This document shows, in pieces, positions 19,112-28,865 of a DNA stretch of 64,000 nt. Below the pieces are notes generated by a model. The model saw nothing but the letters and a program-made list of their open reading frames with translations, had not been told where the DNA came from and did not search any database. Origin of the DNA: Bacteroidia bacterium (GTDB lineage Bacteria; Bacteroidota; Bacteroidia; NS11-12g; UBA955); contig JBDNFC010000016.1 of the NCBI GenBank assembly GCA_041690035.1, positions 113,092 to 177,091 on the forward strand, given 5' to 3'. Each line of letters begins with the position of its first letter. Within the stretch, counting starts at the first letter, position 1. Made by a program: the position numbers and the translations under genes.

Positions 19112-20070
19112 AAATAGCAATAATAGGAGCAGGCATATCAGGAACAACCCTTTATCACACCGCAAAGCAACTTGGTTTCACGGCCACTATATTTGATATC
19201 CAAAAACAAAATACAGCAAGTAAAATAGCTGCTGGAATTATTAACCCAATTGCGATTAGCAGAAAAAAGGTACTTTGGCGTGGTGAAGATTTTGCTGATT
19301 TTGCTTGGAATTTCTATAAGGAGCATAATAGTAAAGCAATTAGGCCGCAAAGAATGACCTTTAAAGTAAGCAATCAAAAAGAAGCCAATGATTGGGATTT
19401 TAGCGATGCAATGGAGCGGGGTTTTTTAGAATGCCAAAAAATAGAAAACGAATACTTGTATACAATACTCAAATCGGGGTGGATAGAAACTAAAGATTAT
19501 TTGAATTTAGAGCCAATTAGAGCTCATATAGCGCATAATGAGATAATTAATAATTTTAGCAATCAATTTGATGCAATTATTTTAGCAACAGGTAATGATT
19601 TAATACATGATTTTTTAGCCGAAAATTATCGAAAAGATATTTTAATGCCATTGCTTGGAGATATTTTAACTTTAGCTATTCCTAACCAAATAAATTTTTT
19701 ACACACTGAGGGGGTGTTTTTATTGCCTACTGAAAATGGTGTCAATAAACTTGGCAGCACCTATATAAAAGATGCTGCAAGCGATACACCGCAAGAAGAG
19801 CATAAAAACTTGTTGCTTGATAAATTTGCAAAGTTTGGTTTAAATTACACAAAATTAATTGCGCACCAATCAGCATTCAGGCCTAGTACCTTTGATAGAA
19901 ATGCCATCATTGGTTTAATAAAGGGGTATAAAAATGTGTATTCATTTACTGGTATGGGTTCTCGTGCTTATTTATATTCACCATTATTGGCCCTTCAATT
20001 GCTTCAGAATATTAATACTGGCAAAGCATTATGGCCCGAAGTGGACATAAAACGGGGAATTAAAAAATAG
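19108..20070 (+). CDS. FAD-dependent oxidoreductase (DAO/glycine oxidase family)
   Basis: IAIIGAGISG Rossmann motif, ASKIAAGIINP, RPSTFDR..IIG and GMGSR; GTGA overlap with trmH. Confidence 0.85.
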   Translation: MKIAIIGAGISGTTLYHTAKQLGFTATIFDIQKQNTASKIAAGIINPIAISRKKVLWRGEDFADFAWNFYKEHNSKAIRPQRMTFKVSNQKEANDWDFSDAMERGFLECQKIENEYLYTILKSGWIETKDYLNLEPIRAHIAHNEIINNFSNQFDAIILATGNDLIHDFLAENYRKDILMPLLGDILTLAIPNQINFLHTEGVFLLPTENGVNKLGSTYIKDAASDTPQEEHKNLLLDKFAKFGLNYTKLIAHQSAFRPSTFDRNAIIGLIKGYKNVYSFTGMGSRAYLYSPLLALQLLQNINTGKALWPEVDIKRGIKK

Positions 20071-20090
20071 CAGATTTTTTTTATTAATGA

Positions 20091-20121
20091 TTTGTAAAAT
20101 TAATAAAATTAATTACCTTTG
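20091..20121 (+). promoter_or_regulatory. sigma-A promoter for rplU-rpmA (TTTG-N19-TACCTTTG)
   Basis: Both boxes present at canonical spacing. Confidence 0.75.
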
Positions 20122-20138
20122 CACCTCATTTAGAAATT

Positions 20139-20450
20139 ATGTACGCGGTAGTTAATATACAAGGCATTCAGTTTAAGGTTAGCAAAGATCAAAAAATCTA
20201 TGTTAATAGAATGGATGCAAAAGAAGGAGACAAAGTTAGTTTTGATGATGTTTTATTGATAGATAATGAGGGTAAAATCTCCATTGGTGCTCCAACAGTT
20301 GCTGGCGCAAGTGTTAGTGCCACAGTCATAAAACACCTAAAAGGCGATAAAATAACAGTTTTTAAGAAAAAACGAAGAAAAGGATACCAAAAGTCTAATG
20401 GACACAGGCAATATCTTTCACAATTATTAATAGAATCGATTAAAGGATAA
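20139..20450 (+). CDS. rplU: 50S ribosomal protein L21
   Basis: MYAVV...QFKV and [16 protein letters not shown] motifs. Confidence 0.98.
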   Translation: MYAVVNIQGIQFKVSKDQKIYVNRMDAKEGDKVSFDDVLLIDNEGKISIGAPTVAGASVSATVIKHLKGDKITVFKKKRRKGYQKSNGHRQYLSQLLIESIKG

Positions 20451-20454
20451 TATA

Positions 20455-20712
20455 ATGGCACACAAAAAAGGAGCAGGTAGTTCAAAAAACGGAAGAGAAT
20501 CACATAGTAAAAGACTTGGTGTTAAAATATTTGGTGGGCAATCCGCTATTTCAGGAAACATCATTGTTAGACAAAGGGGAACAAAACACCACCCAGGCAG
20601 CAATGTTGGTATAGGGAAAGACCACACTCTGTTCGCACTTTCTGATGGTTTAGTAGAATTTAAAAAAGGAAAAAACGGCAGGTCTTTTGTCTCAATTGTA
20701 GGAAAAGCTTAA
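20455..20712 (+). CDS. rpmA: 50S ribosomal protein L27
   Basis: [25 protein letters not shown]-terminus. Confidence 0.98.
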   Translation: MAHKKGAGSSKNGRESHSKRLGVKIFGGQSAISGNIIVRQRGTKHHPGSNVGIGKDHTLFALSDGLVEFKKGKNGRSFVSIVGKA

Positions 20713-20730
20713 TTTTTTTCAATATCTAAG

Positions 20731-20759
20731 AAACTCCATAATTTATGGAGTTTTTTTTT
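20731..20759 (+). terminator. Intrinsic terminator after rpmA
   Basis: AAACTCCATA-att-TATGGAGTTT 10-bp stem followed by a T run. Confidence 0.85.
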
Positions 20760-20931
20760 GCATGATAGTTTTTATAATTTTATTATCCTTGTAATCGAGA
20801 ATTTATTTGGTTTTAAATTAAAGTTGGCTGTTTTGAAAGCCTAGTGATGATTTTCGCAATTTCTTTATTTTATAATCATAAAATGAGATTTGATTGACAA
20901 TAAGTTATTTATTTGCATTTAAGTTTGCATA

Positions 20932-21765
20932 ATGAAAAGCAACATATATTTTACACTGCTAGGTCTAGGTTTCGCTTTTTTTTTATTTTCATGTAAAAAA
21001 GATAAAAACAATACATCCCCAAAAATTGAAACACCAGAAAAAATTGCATCAGCTCCAGAATTGGGCAATTTAAGTTATGATTTTGTGTACAGGCCAGTTT
21101 TATTTGATTTTACCAGCACAGGATGCCCGGGCTGCGGCAGTTGGGGCAAACCAACATTTAAAAATTTAATTGCACAATATGATAATTTAATAGTTCCTAT
21201 TGCGGTTCATATAAAATATGGAGATCCTATGATTACCAATATTTCAGAAGCAATTGCAGATAATAGGTATGAAAGCTTTTATACACCACAGCTTTGGGTG
21301 TCAGATTCTATTGCAATGGTTTTGGTTAATAATAATATTAATAGCGCTGCAAGCATAGATAGAGCGAATCTTTTAATAAACCGGCCCAGTAAAACAACAG
21401 GTGCATCTATAGCGGCAAAGATGACTATAAAAGAAAATAAAGCATTTATAAAATATGGAATTTCATTGAATGCAGAATTCGAAGCAGGCAACTATTTTTT
21501 ATCAGCATATTTGATGGAAAATGGATTAAGTTTTAATCAGGCATCATCATCTTCTAATCCTACCATCCATGACAATGTGATCAAAGCTGCCGCAGATGGC
21601 ACTTGGGGTAAATCTATCATCAAAAAAGAAAATGAATCTTTGACAAAAGAGTTTTTGCATACTTTTGAGAAAAGCATAAACTCAAATCAGTACATCACTA
21701 TTTTATTATGGAAGGAGTCAGGAAATAGGTATCAAGTCATTAATGCAATAAGTGCAAAAAACTAG
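20932..21765 (+). CDS. Omp28-related outer membrane lipoprotein
   Basis: Lipobox LFSC; FTSTGCPGC thioredoxin-like CxxC; HDNVIKAA C-terminal motif. Confidence 0.8.
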   Translation: MKSNIYFTLLGLGFAFFLFSCKKDKNNTSPKIETPEKIASAPELGNLSYDFVYRPVLFDFTSTGCPGCGSWGKPTFKNLIAQYDNLIVPIAVHIKYGDPMITNISEAIADNRYESFYTPQLWVSDSIAMVLVNNNINSAASIDRANLLINRPSKTTGASIAAKMTIKENKAFIKYGISLNAEFEAGNYFLSAYLMENGLSFNQASSSSNPTIHDNVIKAAADGTWGKSIIKKENESLTKEFLHTFEKSINSNQYITILLWKESGNRYQVINAISAKN

Positions 21766-22985
21766 TAAATTTGATTTTTTAAAATATCATCTATTGTTTC
21801 TCGCTTTCTAATAAGGATAGCTTTTCCATCTTTTACTAAAACTTCCGCTGGTTTAAATCGACTGTTATAGTTGCTGCTCATTGCAAAGCCATAAGCCCCA
21901 GCATTTTTAATAGCAAGAATATCGCCCTCTCTAACCTCATTTAATTGCCTATCCCAACCAAAAGTGTCGTTTTCGCAAATATATCCAACAACAGAGTATA
22001 TTCTATTTTCTCCACTGGGGTTAGACAAGTTTATGATTTGGTGGTAAGCATCGTACAATTTTGGCCTTATCAAATGGTTTTGCCCACTATCTACGCCTAC
22101 AAATACTGTGCTAGTGGTTTGTTTTATAACATTGGTTTTAACTAAAAAATAGCCTGCTTCGCTTATTAAGTATTTGCCGGGCTCAAACCATAACTCTAGT
22201 GGTTTTCCATATTCAATACAAAATTCTTTAAATCGCTTTGTTATTTTTTTTCCTATACTATTTATATCTATTTTAATATCATCTTCTTTGTAGGCTACTT
22301 TAAATCCAGAGCCAAAATCCATAAACTCCAAATCTTTAAAGTTTTCTGCTGCCTCAAATAATAATTCTGCACCTCTTAAAAAAACATCAGCGTCTAATAT
22401 GTCACTTCCAGTATGCATGTGCAATCCATTCACATTAAGATTATAATTGTTGCAAATTCTTAAAAGATGGCGCATTTGATAAATACTTATTCCAAACTTG
22501 CTGTCTATATGCCCCACCGAAATATGGCTGTTTCCGCCTGCCATAATATGCGGATTAAGCCTTATACAAACTGGTACTTTGTTGCCATACCGATTGCCAA
22601 ATTGTTCTAAAATAGATAAATTGTCAATGTTTATTCTTACTCCTTCTTTTATCGCTAAATCTATTTCTTCAATAGATACACAATTTGGGGTAAATAAAAT
22701 CTCGCTTGCTGCAAAGCCAGCCTCTAATCCTAGCCAAACCTCTTGAATAGAAACAGCATCTAAACCTGCACCTAAATCTTTAATTTCGCGCATGATGCGC
22801 ACATTGCTGCATGCCTTACAAGCATAGTTTAATTTTAACTTTACTCCTTCGAATGCTTTAAAAAGCATTTCGTAATTTTTTTTTATCGTGTCAAAGTCAT
22901 ATAAATATAAGGGTGCGTCAAATTCTTTAACAATTTCTAAAGCATTTAGGCCACCAATAGTATAGAGTTTTTTTTGAAGTATCAT
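21762..22985 (-). CDS. lysA: Diaminopimelate decarboxylase
   Basis: YACKA (PLP lysine), SKFGIS, HMHTGS, EPGKY, GYICEND and GAYGFAMSSNYN motifs. Start set at ATG 22985. Its stop overlaps the omp28 stop in CTAG (21762-21765). Confidence 0.95.
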   Translation of the reverse strand: MILQKKLYTIGGLNALEIVKEFDAPLYLYDFDTIKKNYEMLFKAFEGVKLKLNYACKACSNVRIMREIKDLGAGLDAVSIQEVWLGLEAGFAASEILFTPNCVSIEEIDLAIKEGVRINIDNLSILEQFGNRYGNKVPVCIRLNPHIMAGGNSHISVGHIDSKFGISIYQMRHLLRICNNYNLNVNGLHMHTGSDILDADVFLRGAELLFEAAENFKDLEFMDFGSGFKVAYKEDDIKIDINSIGKKITKRFKEFCIEYGKPLELWFEPGKYLISEAGYFLVKTNVIKQTTSTVFVGVDSGQNHLIRPKLYDAYHQIINLSNPSGENRIYSVVGYICENDTFGWDRQLNEVREGDILAIKNAGAYGFAMSSNYNSRFKPAEVLVKDGKAILIRKRETIDDILKNQIY

Positions 22986-23134
22986 CTTGTGAGTTTTATG
23001 CTGCAAAAGTCAATATTTTTAATCATAATAAAAAATGAGCTTAAAAATTTTATGTATTAAAATTTATTTCAATTATTTGAATCTAATAAATTAAAAAAGG
23101 CATATAAAAATTTTCAACCCAATAAAAAAAACTT

Positions 23135-23142
23135 TACTTTTG
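23135..23142 (+). promoter_or_regulatory. -7 box (TACTTTTG) for uvrD/pcrA
   Basis: Consensus match 19 nt upstream of the ATG. Confidence 0.65.
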
Positions 23143-23161
23143 CAATTTAGATATAAAAAAA

Positions 23162-25429
23162 ATGGAAAACCCCCCTTATCTCAATGGATTAAACCCAGAA
23201 CAACTAAAAGCCGTACTTCAAACAGAAGGGCCTGTAATGATAATTGCAGGAGCAGGGTCTGGAAAAACCAGGGTGCTCACATATAGAATAGCACACCTTA
23301 TTAGGCAAGAAATACCAGCTTTTAATATTTTGGCATTAACATTCACTAATAAAGCCGCCAAAGAAATGCAGCAGCGTATTTATACAATCTGTGGTGCAGA
23401 GGCTAAAAACTTATGGATGGGTACATTTCATGCCGTGTTTGCTAAAATACTGCGTTTTGAAGCTGATAGACTCAACTATCCTAGTGCTTTTACCATTTAT
23501 GATACAGATGATAGTAAAAGTTTGATCAAAACAATTATAAAAGAATTGAATTTAGATGCAGATAAAGTGTATAAGCCTTCTGTAATATACAGTAGAATTT
23601 CAAATTGTAAGAATAACCTTATTAATCCAGCAGCTTATATTGCATCGCCAGAATTAATGGATTATGATTTTAAGGCAGGAAGAGGTAAATTTTATCAAAT
23701 ATATCAGGCTTATGTGGACAGATGTTTCAAAGCAGGCGCTATGGATTTTGACGATTTATTGCTCAATACTGACAAATTATTTCGGTTGCACCCCGATGTT
23801 TTATTAAAATACCAGCACAAGTTTAAATACATCATGGTAGATGAGTATCAGGATACCAATGTTTGCCAATATTCCATCATAAAAAGATTAGCCGCAGCCC
23901 ATGAAAATATTTGTGTTGTGGGCGATGATGCACAGAGTATTTATAGCTTTAGGGGTGCAACGATAAAAAATATACTAAGTTTTCAAAAAGATTATTATGA
24001 TGCCAAAGTTTTTAAACTAGAACAAAATTATAGAAGTACAAAAAATATCGTTTTAGCTGCTGGCCATATTATTGCTAATAATAAGGAACAATTAGAAAAA
24101 ACTGTTTGGACAGATAATGATAGTGGTGAAAAAATTAGTGTTGTTAGAGCAGTAACAGATAATGAAGAAGGTAGAATAGTAGCCCAATCTATTTTTGAGC
24201 AAAAAATGCAAAACCAAATGGCAAACAGCGATTTTGCCATTTTGTATAGAACCAATTCTCAATCTAGAAGCTTTGAAGAAGCATTGCGAAAACTATCAGT
24301 GCCATACAGAATATATGGAGGAACAAGCTTTTATCAGCGTAAAGAGATTAAAGATATGATAGCCTATTTGCGGCTAATTGTTAATCCTAATGATGAGGAA
24401 GCGCTTAAAAGAATTATAAATTATCCCTCTAGAAAAATAGGGGCAAGCACAATAGATAGGTTGATTCTTATAGCCAATCAAACAAATCAATCCATTTTTG
24501 ATGTTGTATGCACTGCTACACGACATTCAATTTTGGGTAAAACATCGGCCACAGTTTACGGATTTGGTTTAATGATACAAAGTTTTAGAACCATGTTAGA
24601 AAGTCATAATGCACACGACCTTGCATATCATGTAGCAAAACAAGTGGGCTTATTAACTACATTGCATACTGATAAAACCGTTGAAGGCATTAGTAGATAC
24701 GAAAATTTAATAGAATTGTTAAACGGTATAAAAGAGTTTGTAGAAGACGATACTTCAGAACTTGATAAAGATTTACCAACCTTTTTACAAGATATAGCCT
24801 TGCTTACAGATGCAGATAAAAAAACTGATGAGGACAAGGATAAAGTATCGTTAATGACAATTCACGCAAGCAAAGGGCTCGAATTTCCGTCTGTTTTTGT
24901 TGTTGGCTTAGAAGAAAATTTATTTCCTTCACAGATGTCATTAGGTAGCAGGCAAGATTTAGAAGAAGAGCGTAGATTATTTTATGTTGCAATTACAAGG
25001 GCCGAAAAAAAACTTTCGTTGAGTTTTGCAACCTCTAGATTTAGATTTGGTAGCCTATTAAGTTGCGAGCCAAGTAGATTTATCGAAGAAATAGATAAAA
25101 AGTATATTGAAATGGCAACTTTTAAAGGCATTTCTCCACTAATTGGTTTGAAAAAAGAACTGCCCACAAATACTACAGCACAATTAATATCAAGTTTAAA
25201 AAGAAATATGGGTGGTAAAACTTTATCCCCAAAACTATCTTCATCATTTATACCCGAAGACTTGCAAGAACTTGCAATAGGCGATAAGGTGGAACACAAT
25301 CGTTTTGGTTATGGAGAAGTAATTCTGATAGAAGGGGAGGGAGGACAGAAAAGGGCAAGTATTAATTTTGATGATTTTGGAGCTAAAGTTTTGGTGCTTA
25401 GTTTTGCTAAATTAAGAATCATAAAATAA
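23162..25429 (+). CDS. pcrA: ATP-dependent DNA helicase UvrD/PcrA
   Basis: AGAGSGKT, VDEYQDTN, GDDAQSIYSFRGA, TIHASKGLEF and EERRLFYVAITRA motifs; C-terminal Tudor-like HNRFGYG domain. Confidence 0.95.
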   Translation: MENPPYLNGLNPEQLKAVLQTEGPVMIIAGAGSGKTRVLTYRIAHLIRQEIPAFNILALTFTNKAAKEMQQRIYTICGAEAKNLWMGTFHAVFAKILRFEADRLNYPSAFTIYDTDDSKSLIKTIIKELNLDADKVYKPSVIYSRISNCKNNLINPAAYIASPELMDYDFKAGRGKFYQIYQAYVDRCFKAGAMDFDDLLLNTDKLFRLHPDVLLKYQHKFKYIMVDEYQDTNVCQYSIIKRLAAAHENICVVGDDAQSIYSFRGATIKNILSFQKDYYDAKVFKLEQNYRSTKNIVLAAGHIIANNKEQLEKTVWTDNDSGEKISVVRAVTDNEEGRIVAQSIFEQKMQNQMANSDFAILYRTNSQSRSFEEALRKLSVPYRIYGGTSFYQRKEIKDMIAYLRLIVNPNDEEALKRIINYPSRKIGASTIDRLILIANQTNQSIFDVVCTATRHSILGKTSATVYGFGLMIQSFRTMLESHNAHDLAYHVAKQVGLLTTLHTDKTVEGISRYENLIELLNGIKEFVEDDTSELDKDLPTFLQDIALLTDADKKTDEDKDKVSLMTIHASKGLEFPSVFVVGLEENLFPSQMSLGSRQDLEEERRLFYVAITRAEKKLSLSFATSRFRFGSLLSCEPSRFIEEIDKKYIEMATFKGISPLIGLKKELPTNTTAQLISSLKRNMGGKTLSPKLSSSFIPEDLQELAIGDKVEHNRFGYGEVILIEGEGGQKRASINFDDFGAKVLVLSFAKLRIIK

Positions 25430-25454
25430 TTGATTGGTATTTTATGAAAATTAA

Positions 25455-25487
25455 TTTGTTATTGTAATCAAAAATCTTTTATCTTTG
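25455..25487 (+). promoter_or_regulatory. sigma-A promoter (TTTG-N21-TATCTTTG)
   Basis: Both boxes present; 23 nt upstream of ATG 25511. Confidence 0.7.
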
Positions 25488-25510
25488 TCCAAAATTTATA
25501 AGTAAAAGTA

Positions 25511-26200
25511 ATGAACAAAATAATTTATTCAGTTTTAGCCATTTCAATTGTGTTTTCATCATGTAAATATGAAGAAGGCCCTGGAATCAGTCTAAGGACA
25601 AAAAGAGACCGCGTATCTAATGAGTGGAAGATAAGCAAATATGAATACACTGCAAAAAAAGTAGGTACAGAAGATGATAGCACTGCAGTTGATTTAACCG
25701 CAAATTACAACATAAAAAACGCTAATTTCTATACTTATTTTTCTAAACCAAATCCTTTAGACACTACCCAACAAATAGTTGACAGTTCATTATCTGTTAA
25801 GAATTTCAGCTATGTATTTGTATTAACAAGAACTGGATCGTATAGTTTAGAGTTGGTAGATGGAGATAATAAAGGAGTTGACCCTAGAATTATGGCACAG
25901 TACGTAGGTGAGCAAACAAGAGGAGCTGCTGCAAAAACTTTAGACCCATTAAATTTATTTAAAATAGGAAGGCGTGGTGAATGGTCTTTTATTTCTAAAA
26001 GTAGTAGATTGCAGTTAAAACCAGACAATAGCGGAAGCAATTTTACTGGTTCTGATATGAAAAATGGCTTAATGGTTCCAGTAGTTTTTGATATCGATAA
26101 ATTGTTCAACGACAAAATGACACTTATTGCTTTTGATGCAAACAAAGGAAAGCACGTTTATGAGTTAGCTTCTTTTAACCCTGATAAATTATTAAAGTAA
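25511..26200 (+). CDS. Lipocalin-like lipoprotein (Bacteroidota KYEEGP family)
   Basis: Lipobox FSSC followed by KYEEGPGISLRTKRDRVSNEWK; GEWSF motif. Confidence 0.7.
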   Translation: MNKIIYSVLAISIVFSSCKYEEGPGISLRTKRDRVSNEWKISKYEYTAKKVGTEDDSTAVDLTANYNIKNANFYTYFSKPNPLDTTQQIVDSSLSVKNFSYVFVLTRTGSYSLELVDGDNKGVDPRIMAQYVGEQTRGAAAKTLDPLNLFKIGRRGEWSFISKSSRLQLKPDNSGSNFTGSDMKNGLMVPVVFDIDKLFNDKMTLIAFDANKGKHVYELASFNPDKLLK

Positions 26201-26220
26201 TCTGATTCAATAAAATCTTT

Positions 26221-26256
26221 AAAAATCCTATCAATAATTTGGTAGGATTTTTTTTT
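26221..26256 (+). terminator. Intrinsic terminator
   Basis: AAAAATCCTATCAA-taat-TTGGTAGGATTTTT stem with one G-U pair, followed by a T run. Confidence 0.85.
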
Positions 26257-26284
26257 GTTTTAAACCATTAAAAAACTAAATTTG
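26254..26284 (+). promoter_or_regulatory. sigma-A promoter (TTTG-N19-TAAATTTG) for DUF4290-murA
   Basis: Both boxes present; only 8 nt from the -7 box to the ATG. Confidence 0.7.
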
Positions 26285-26292
26285 CATAATTA

Positions 26293-26943
26293 ATGCACCA
26301 TATAGATTATAACACCCAACAGCCACATATTATTATAAATGAATTTGGCAGAAATATTCAAGGTTTCATTCAACATATCTTAGAAGACCCTGATAAACAA
26401 AAGAGAACAAGAAAAGCATATTGTTTAGTAGCAGCTATGATTAGTTTAAACCCTCAGCTCAAGGAACTTGAAGATTGTGAAAATATAGTATGGGATTATA
26501 TTCATATTATAGCAGATTACAAACTTGATGTAGATACACCTTATCCAAAACCCGATCCTGCGCTAAAAATGAACAAGCCTGCTCCATTAAGTTACCCAAC
26601 ACAATCTATTAAATATCGTTATTACGGTGCAAATTTGCAGATGATGATAGATAAGGTTGCTGATATTGAAAATCCAGAATTTAAACAAATGTATTTAGAT
26701 ATGTTGGGGTCATTTATGAAAAATTCAGGTAAAAATTGGAATGATGAAGCAATTACAACCGAACAGATTGTGGCGCATCTAAATACGCTATCAAATGGTA
26801 AAATAAATATTTCTGTAGATGATATCAATGCAGATATAGAGTTAAGGCAAAGAACTTCTAATAACTTTCATCGTAAAAAAGGTAAGAGTAATAATCGTTT
26901 CACAAAACATAATAATTCAAATAGTTATAAAAAAAGAAGATAA
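26293..26943 (+). CDS. DUF4290 domain protein
   Basis: YNT..PHIIINEFGRNIQ, WDYIHIIADYKLDVDTPYP and KYRYYG motifs; typical position upstream of murA in Bacteroidota. Confidence 0.85.
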   Translation: MHHIDYNTQQPHIIINEFGRNIQGFIQHILEDPDKQKRTRKAYCLVAAMISLNPQLKELEDCENIVWDYIHIIADYKLDVDTPYPKPDPALKMNKPAPLSYPTQSIKYRYYGANLQMMIDKVADIENPEFKQMYLDMLGSFMKNSGKNWNDEAITTEQIVAHLNTLSNGKINISVDDINADIELRQRTSNNFHRKKGKSNNRFTKHNNSNSYKKRR

Positions 26944-28250
26944 TGGCTTATTTTAAAGTAGAAGGAGGGCATCAGTTAAAAGGAGAATTGCAGCCTCAAG
27001 GAGCAAAAAATGAAGCACTACAAATTATTTCTGCAGTTTTATTAACCCAAGAAAAGGTAACAATCAATAACATTCCTCAAATCAGAGATGTACTCAAATT
27101 GATTGATTTGCTTGCATCTTTGGGCGTGGAAATACATAAATTAAGCAATAGTAGCTATACTTTTTGTGCAAAAAATATTCAACAAGAGTATTTGCTCTCA
27201 GATGATTTTAAAAAGCAAGGTGCTTCTTTGCGTGGTTCAATTATGATAGTTGGGCCGATGCTAGCCAGATTTGGTGTCGCCTATATTCCAGAACCCGGTG
27301 GCGATAAAATTGGTCGTAGGCATTTAGATACACATTTTAGAGGGTTCGAAGCATTAGGTGCAAAATTTGATTACAATAGTGAAGAACAATTCTACCATGT
27401 AGATGCCTCTCAATTAACAGGTACCTATATGCTATTAGAAGAAGCATCTGTTACTGGCACAGCAAACATTTTAATGGCTGCGGTATTGGCAAAAGGTGAA
27501 ACAATTATTTATAATGCAGCTTGTGAACCTTATTTACAGCAACTTTGTAAAATGCTTCAATCTATGGGTGCACAAATTTCTGGAGTTGGGTCTAATTTAT
27601 TAACTATTCAAGGCGTAAGCTCATTAAAAGGTTGCACACATACTATATTGCCTGATATGATTGAGATCGGCAGTTTTATTGGCTTAGCCGCCACCACAAA
27701 TTCAGAAATTACCATCAAGAATTGTGCAATAAATGAGCTTGGAATTATTCCTAAAACTTTTCAGAAAATGGGTATAGCGATGGAGTATAGGGGTGATGAT
27801 ATTTATATACCTCAACAAGATAGTTATTCCATACAGAAATTAATAAACGGTTCTATGCTAACAATCAGAGATGGAATTTGGCCTGCTTTTACACCCGATT
27901 TGATTTCTATTGCACTCATAACTGCCACACAAGCAAAGGGTAGTTTACTAATTCATCAATGGATGTTTGAAAGTAGGCTCTTTTTTGTAGATAATTTGAT
28001 AGATATGGGAGCCAGAATTATACTTTGTGATCCCCATAGAGCAGTAGTTATTGGGAGCAACAGAGAAACTAAATTACGAGGTATAACAATGTCTTCGCCA
28101 GATATTAGGGCTGGAGTTTCTATGCTTATTGCAGCATTAGCTGCCGAAGGCACAAGCACAATAAATAATATAACCCAAATAGACAGGGGTTACCAATTTA
28201 TAGATGAAAGACTCAGAAAAATTGGCGCAGTTATTGAAAGGTTTGAATAA
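26943..28250 (+). CDS. murA: UDP-N-acetylglucosamine 1-carboxyvinyltransferase
   Basis: GAKNEAL, PGGDKIGRR, ASVTGTANI and IDRGY motifs; TAATG coupling to the DUF4290 gene. Confidence 0.97.
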   Translation: MAYFKVEGGHQLKGELQPQGAKNEALQIISAVLLTQEKVTINNIPQIRDVLKLIDLLASLGVEIHKLSNSSYTFCAKNIQQEYLLSDDFKKQGASLRGSIMIVGPMLARFGVAYIPEPGGDKIGRRHLDTHFRGFEALGAKFDYNSEEQFYHVDASQLTGTYMLLEEASVTGTANILMAAVLAKGETIIYNAACEPYLQQLCKMLQSMGAQISGVGSNLLTIQGVSSLKGCTHTILPDMIEIGSFIGLAATTNSEITIKNCAINELGIIPKTFQKMGIAMEYRGDDIYIPQQDSYSIQKLINGSMLTIRDGIWPAFTPDLISIALITATQAKGSLLIHQWMFESRLFFVDNLIDMGARIILCDPHRAVVIGSNRETKLRGITMSSPDIRAGVSMLIAALAAEGTSTINNITQIDRGYQFIDERLRKIGAVIERFE

Positions 28251-28266
28251 ATAATTAATATAAAAA

Positions 28267-28785
28267 ATGAATAACATTAAATTTTTAAAAGTCATTATAT
28301 TTGTAATTTTGCCTGTTGCTGCATTGGGTTTTATGGCAGTTATAAAGTCAGATAATGCAATTGATAAAGTAGCTCCTGATTTTTCACTTGCTGATACAGC
28401 CAACAAGCAGGTAAGTTTATCCTCATTTAAAGGCAAGTATGTATTAATTGATTTTTGGGCATCTTGGTGCAAGGATTGCAGAATAGAGAATAAAAACCTT
28501 GTAAAAGCCTATAAAAGGTTTAAAAATCCTGAATTTGATATTCTATCTGTATCTTTAGATGTTGATAGAGATAATTGGATAAAAACTATTGGAACAGATA
28601 ATTTGGCATGGCCACACCATGTATCTGATATGCAAAAATGGCAGTCGCCCGTGGTAAAGCTTTATAATGTGCGCGAGATTCCTCAAACATTTTTAATTGA
28701 TAAGGAAGGAAAAATTATTGCTGAAGGTTTGATGGGTTTAGCTTTAGAAAAGAAATTGGCTGAATTGTTTCCAACCATTAAGTGA
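28267..28785 (+). CDS. TlpA/ResA-like thiol-disulfide oxidoreductase
   Basis: N-terminal TM/signal segment; LIDFWASWCKDC; IPQTFLIDKEG. Confidence 0.9.
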   Translation: MNNIKFLKVIIFVILPVAALGFMAVIKSDNAIDKVAPDFSLADTANKQVSLSSFKGKYVLIDFWASWCKDCRIENKNLVKAYKRFKNPEFDILSVSLDVDRDNWIKTIGTDNLAWPHHVSDMQKWQSPVVKLYNVREIPQTFLIDKEGKIIAEGLMGLALEKKLAELFPTIK

Positions 28786-28822
28786 CAATCTGTCATTTTT
28801 GTATACTTGGTAAGGTAATTGA
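28783..28822 (+). promoter_or_regulatory. Candidate heat-shock regulatory element upstream of grpE: TGACA-N3-TGTCA palindrome plus a -24/-12-like element
   Basis: Perfect palindrome at 28783-28795; TTGGTAAGGTAATTGAA at 28807-28823 with GG...GA 12 nt apart; no TAnnTTTG box before grpE. Confidence 0.5.
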
Positions 28823-28865
28823 ATGAGCCAATACAAAAATTGACTTATTTAATCGTTGAATTATC

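Noticed and set aside
21762-21765. Convergent omp28 and lysA sharing overlapping TAG stops (CTAG)
   Set aside because: A common compaction feature with no further signal.
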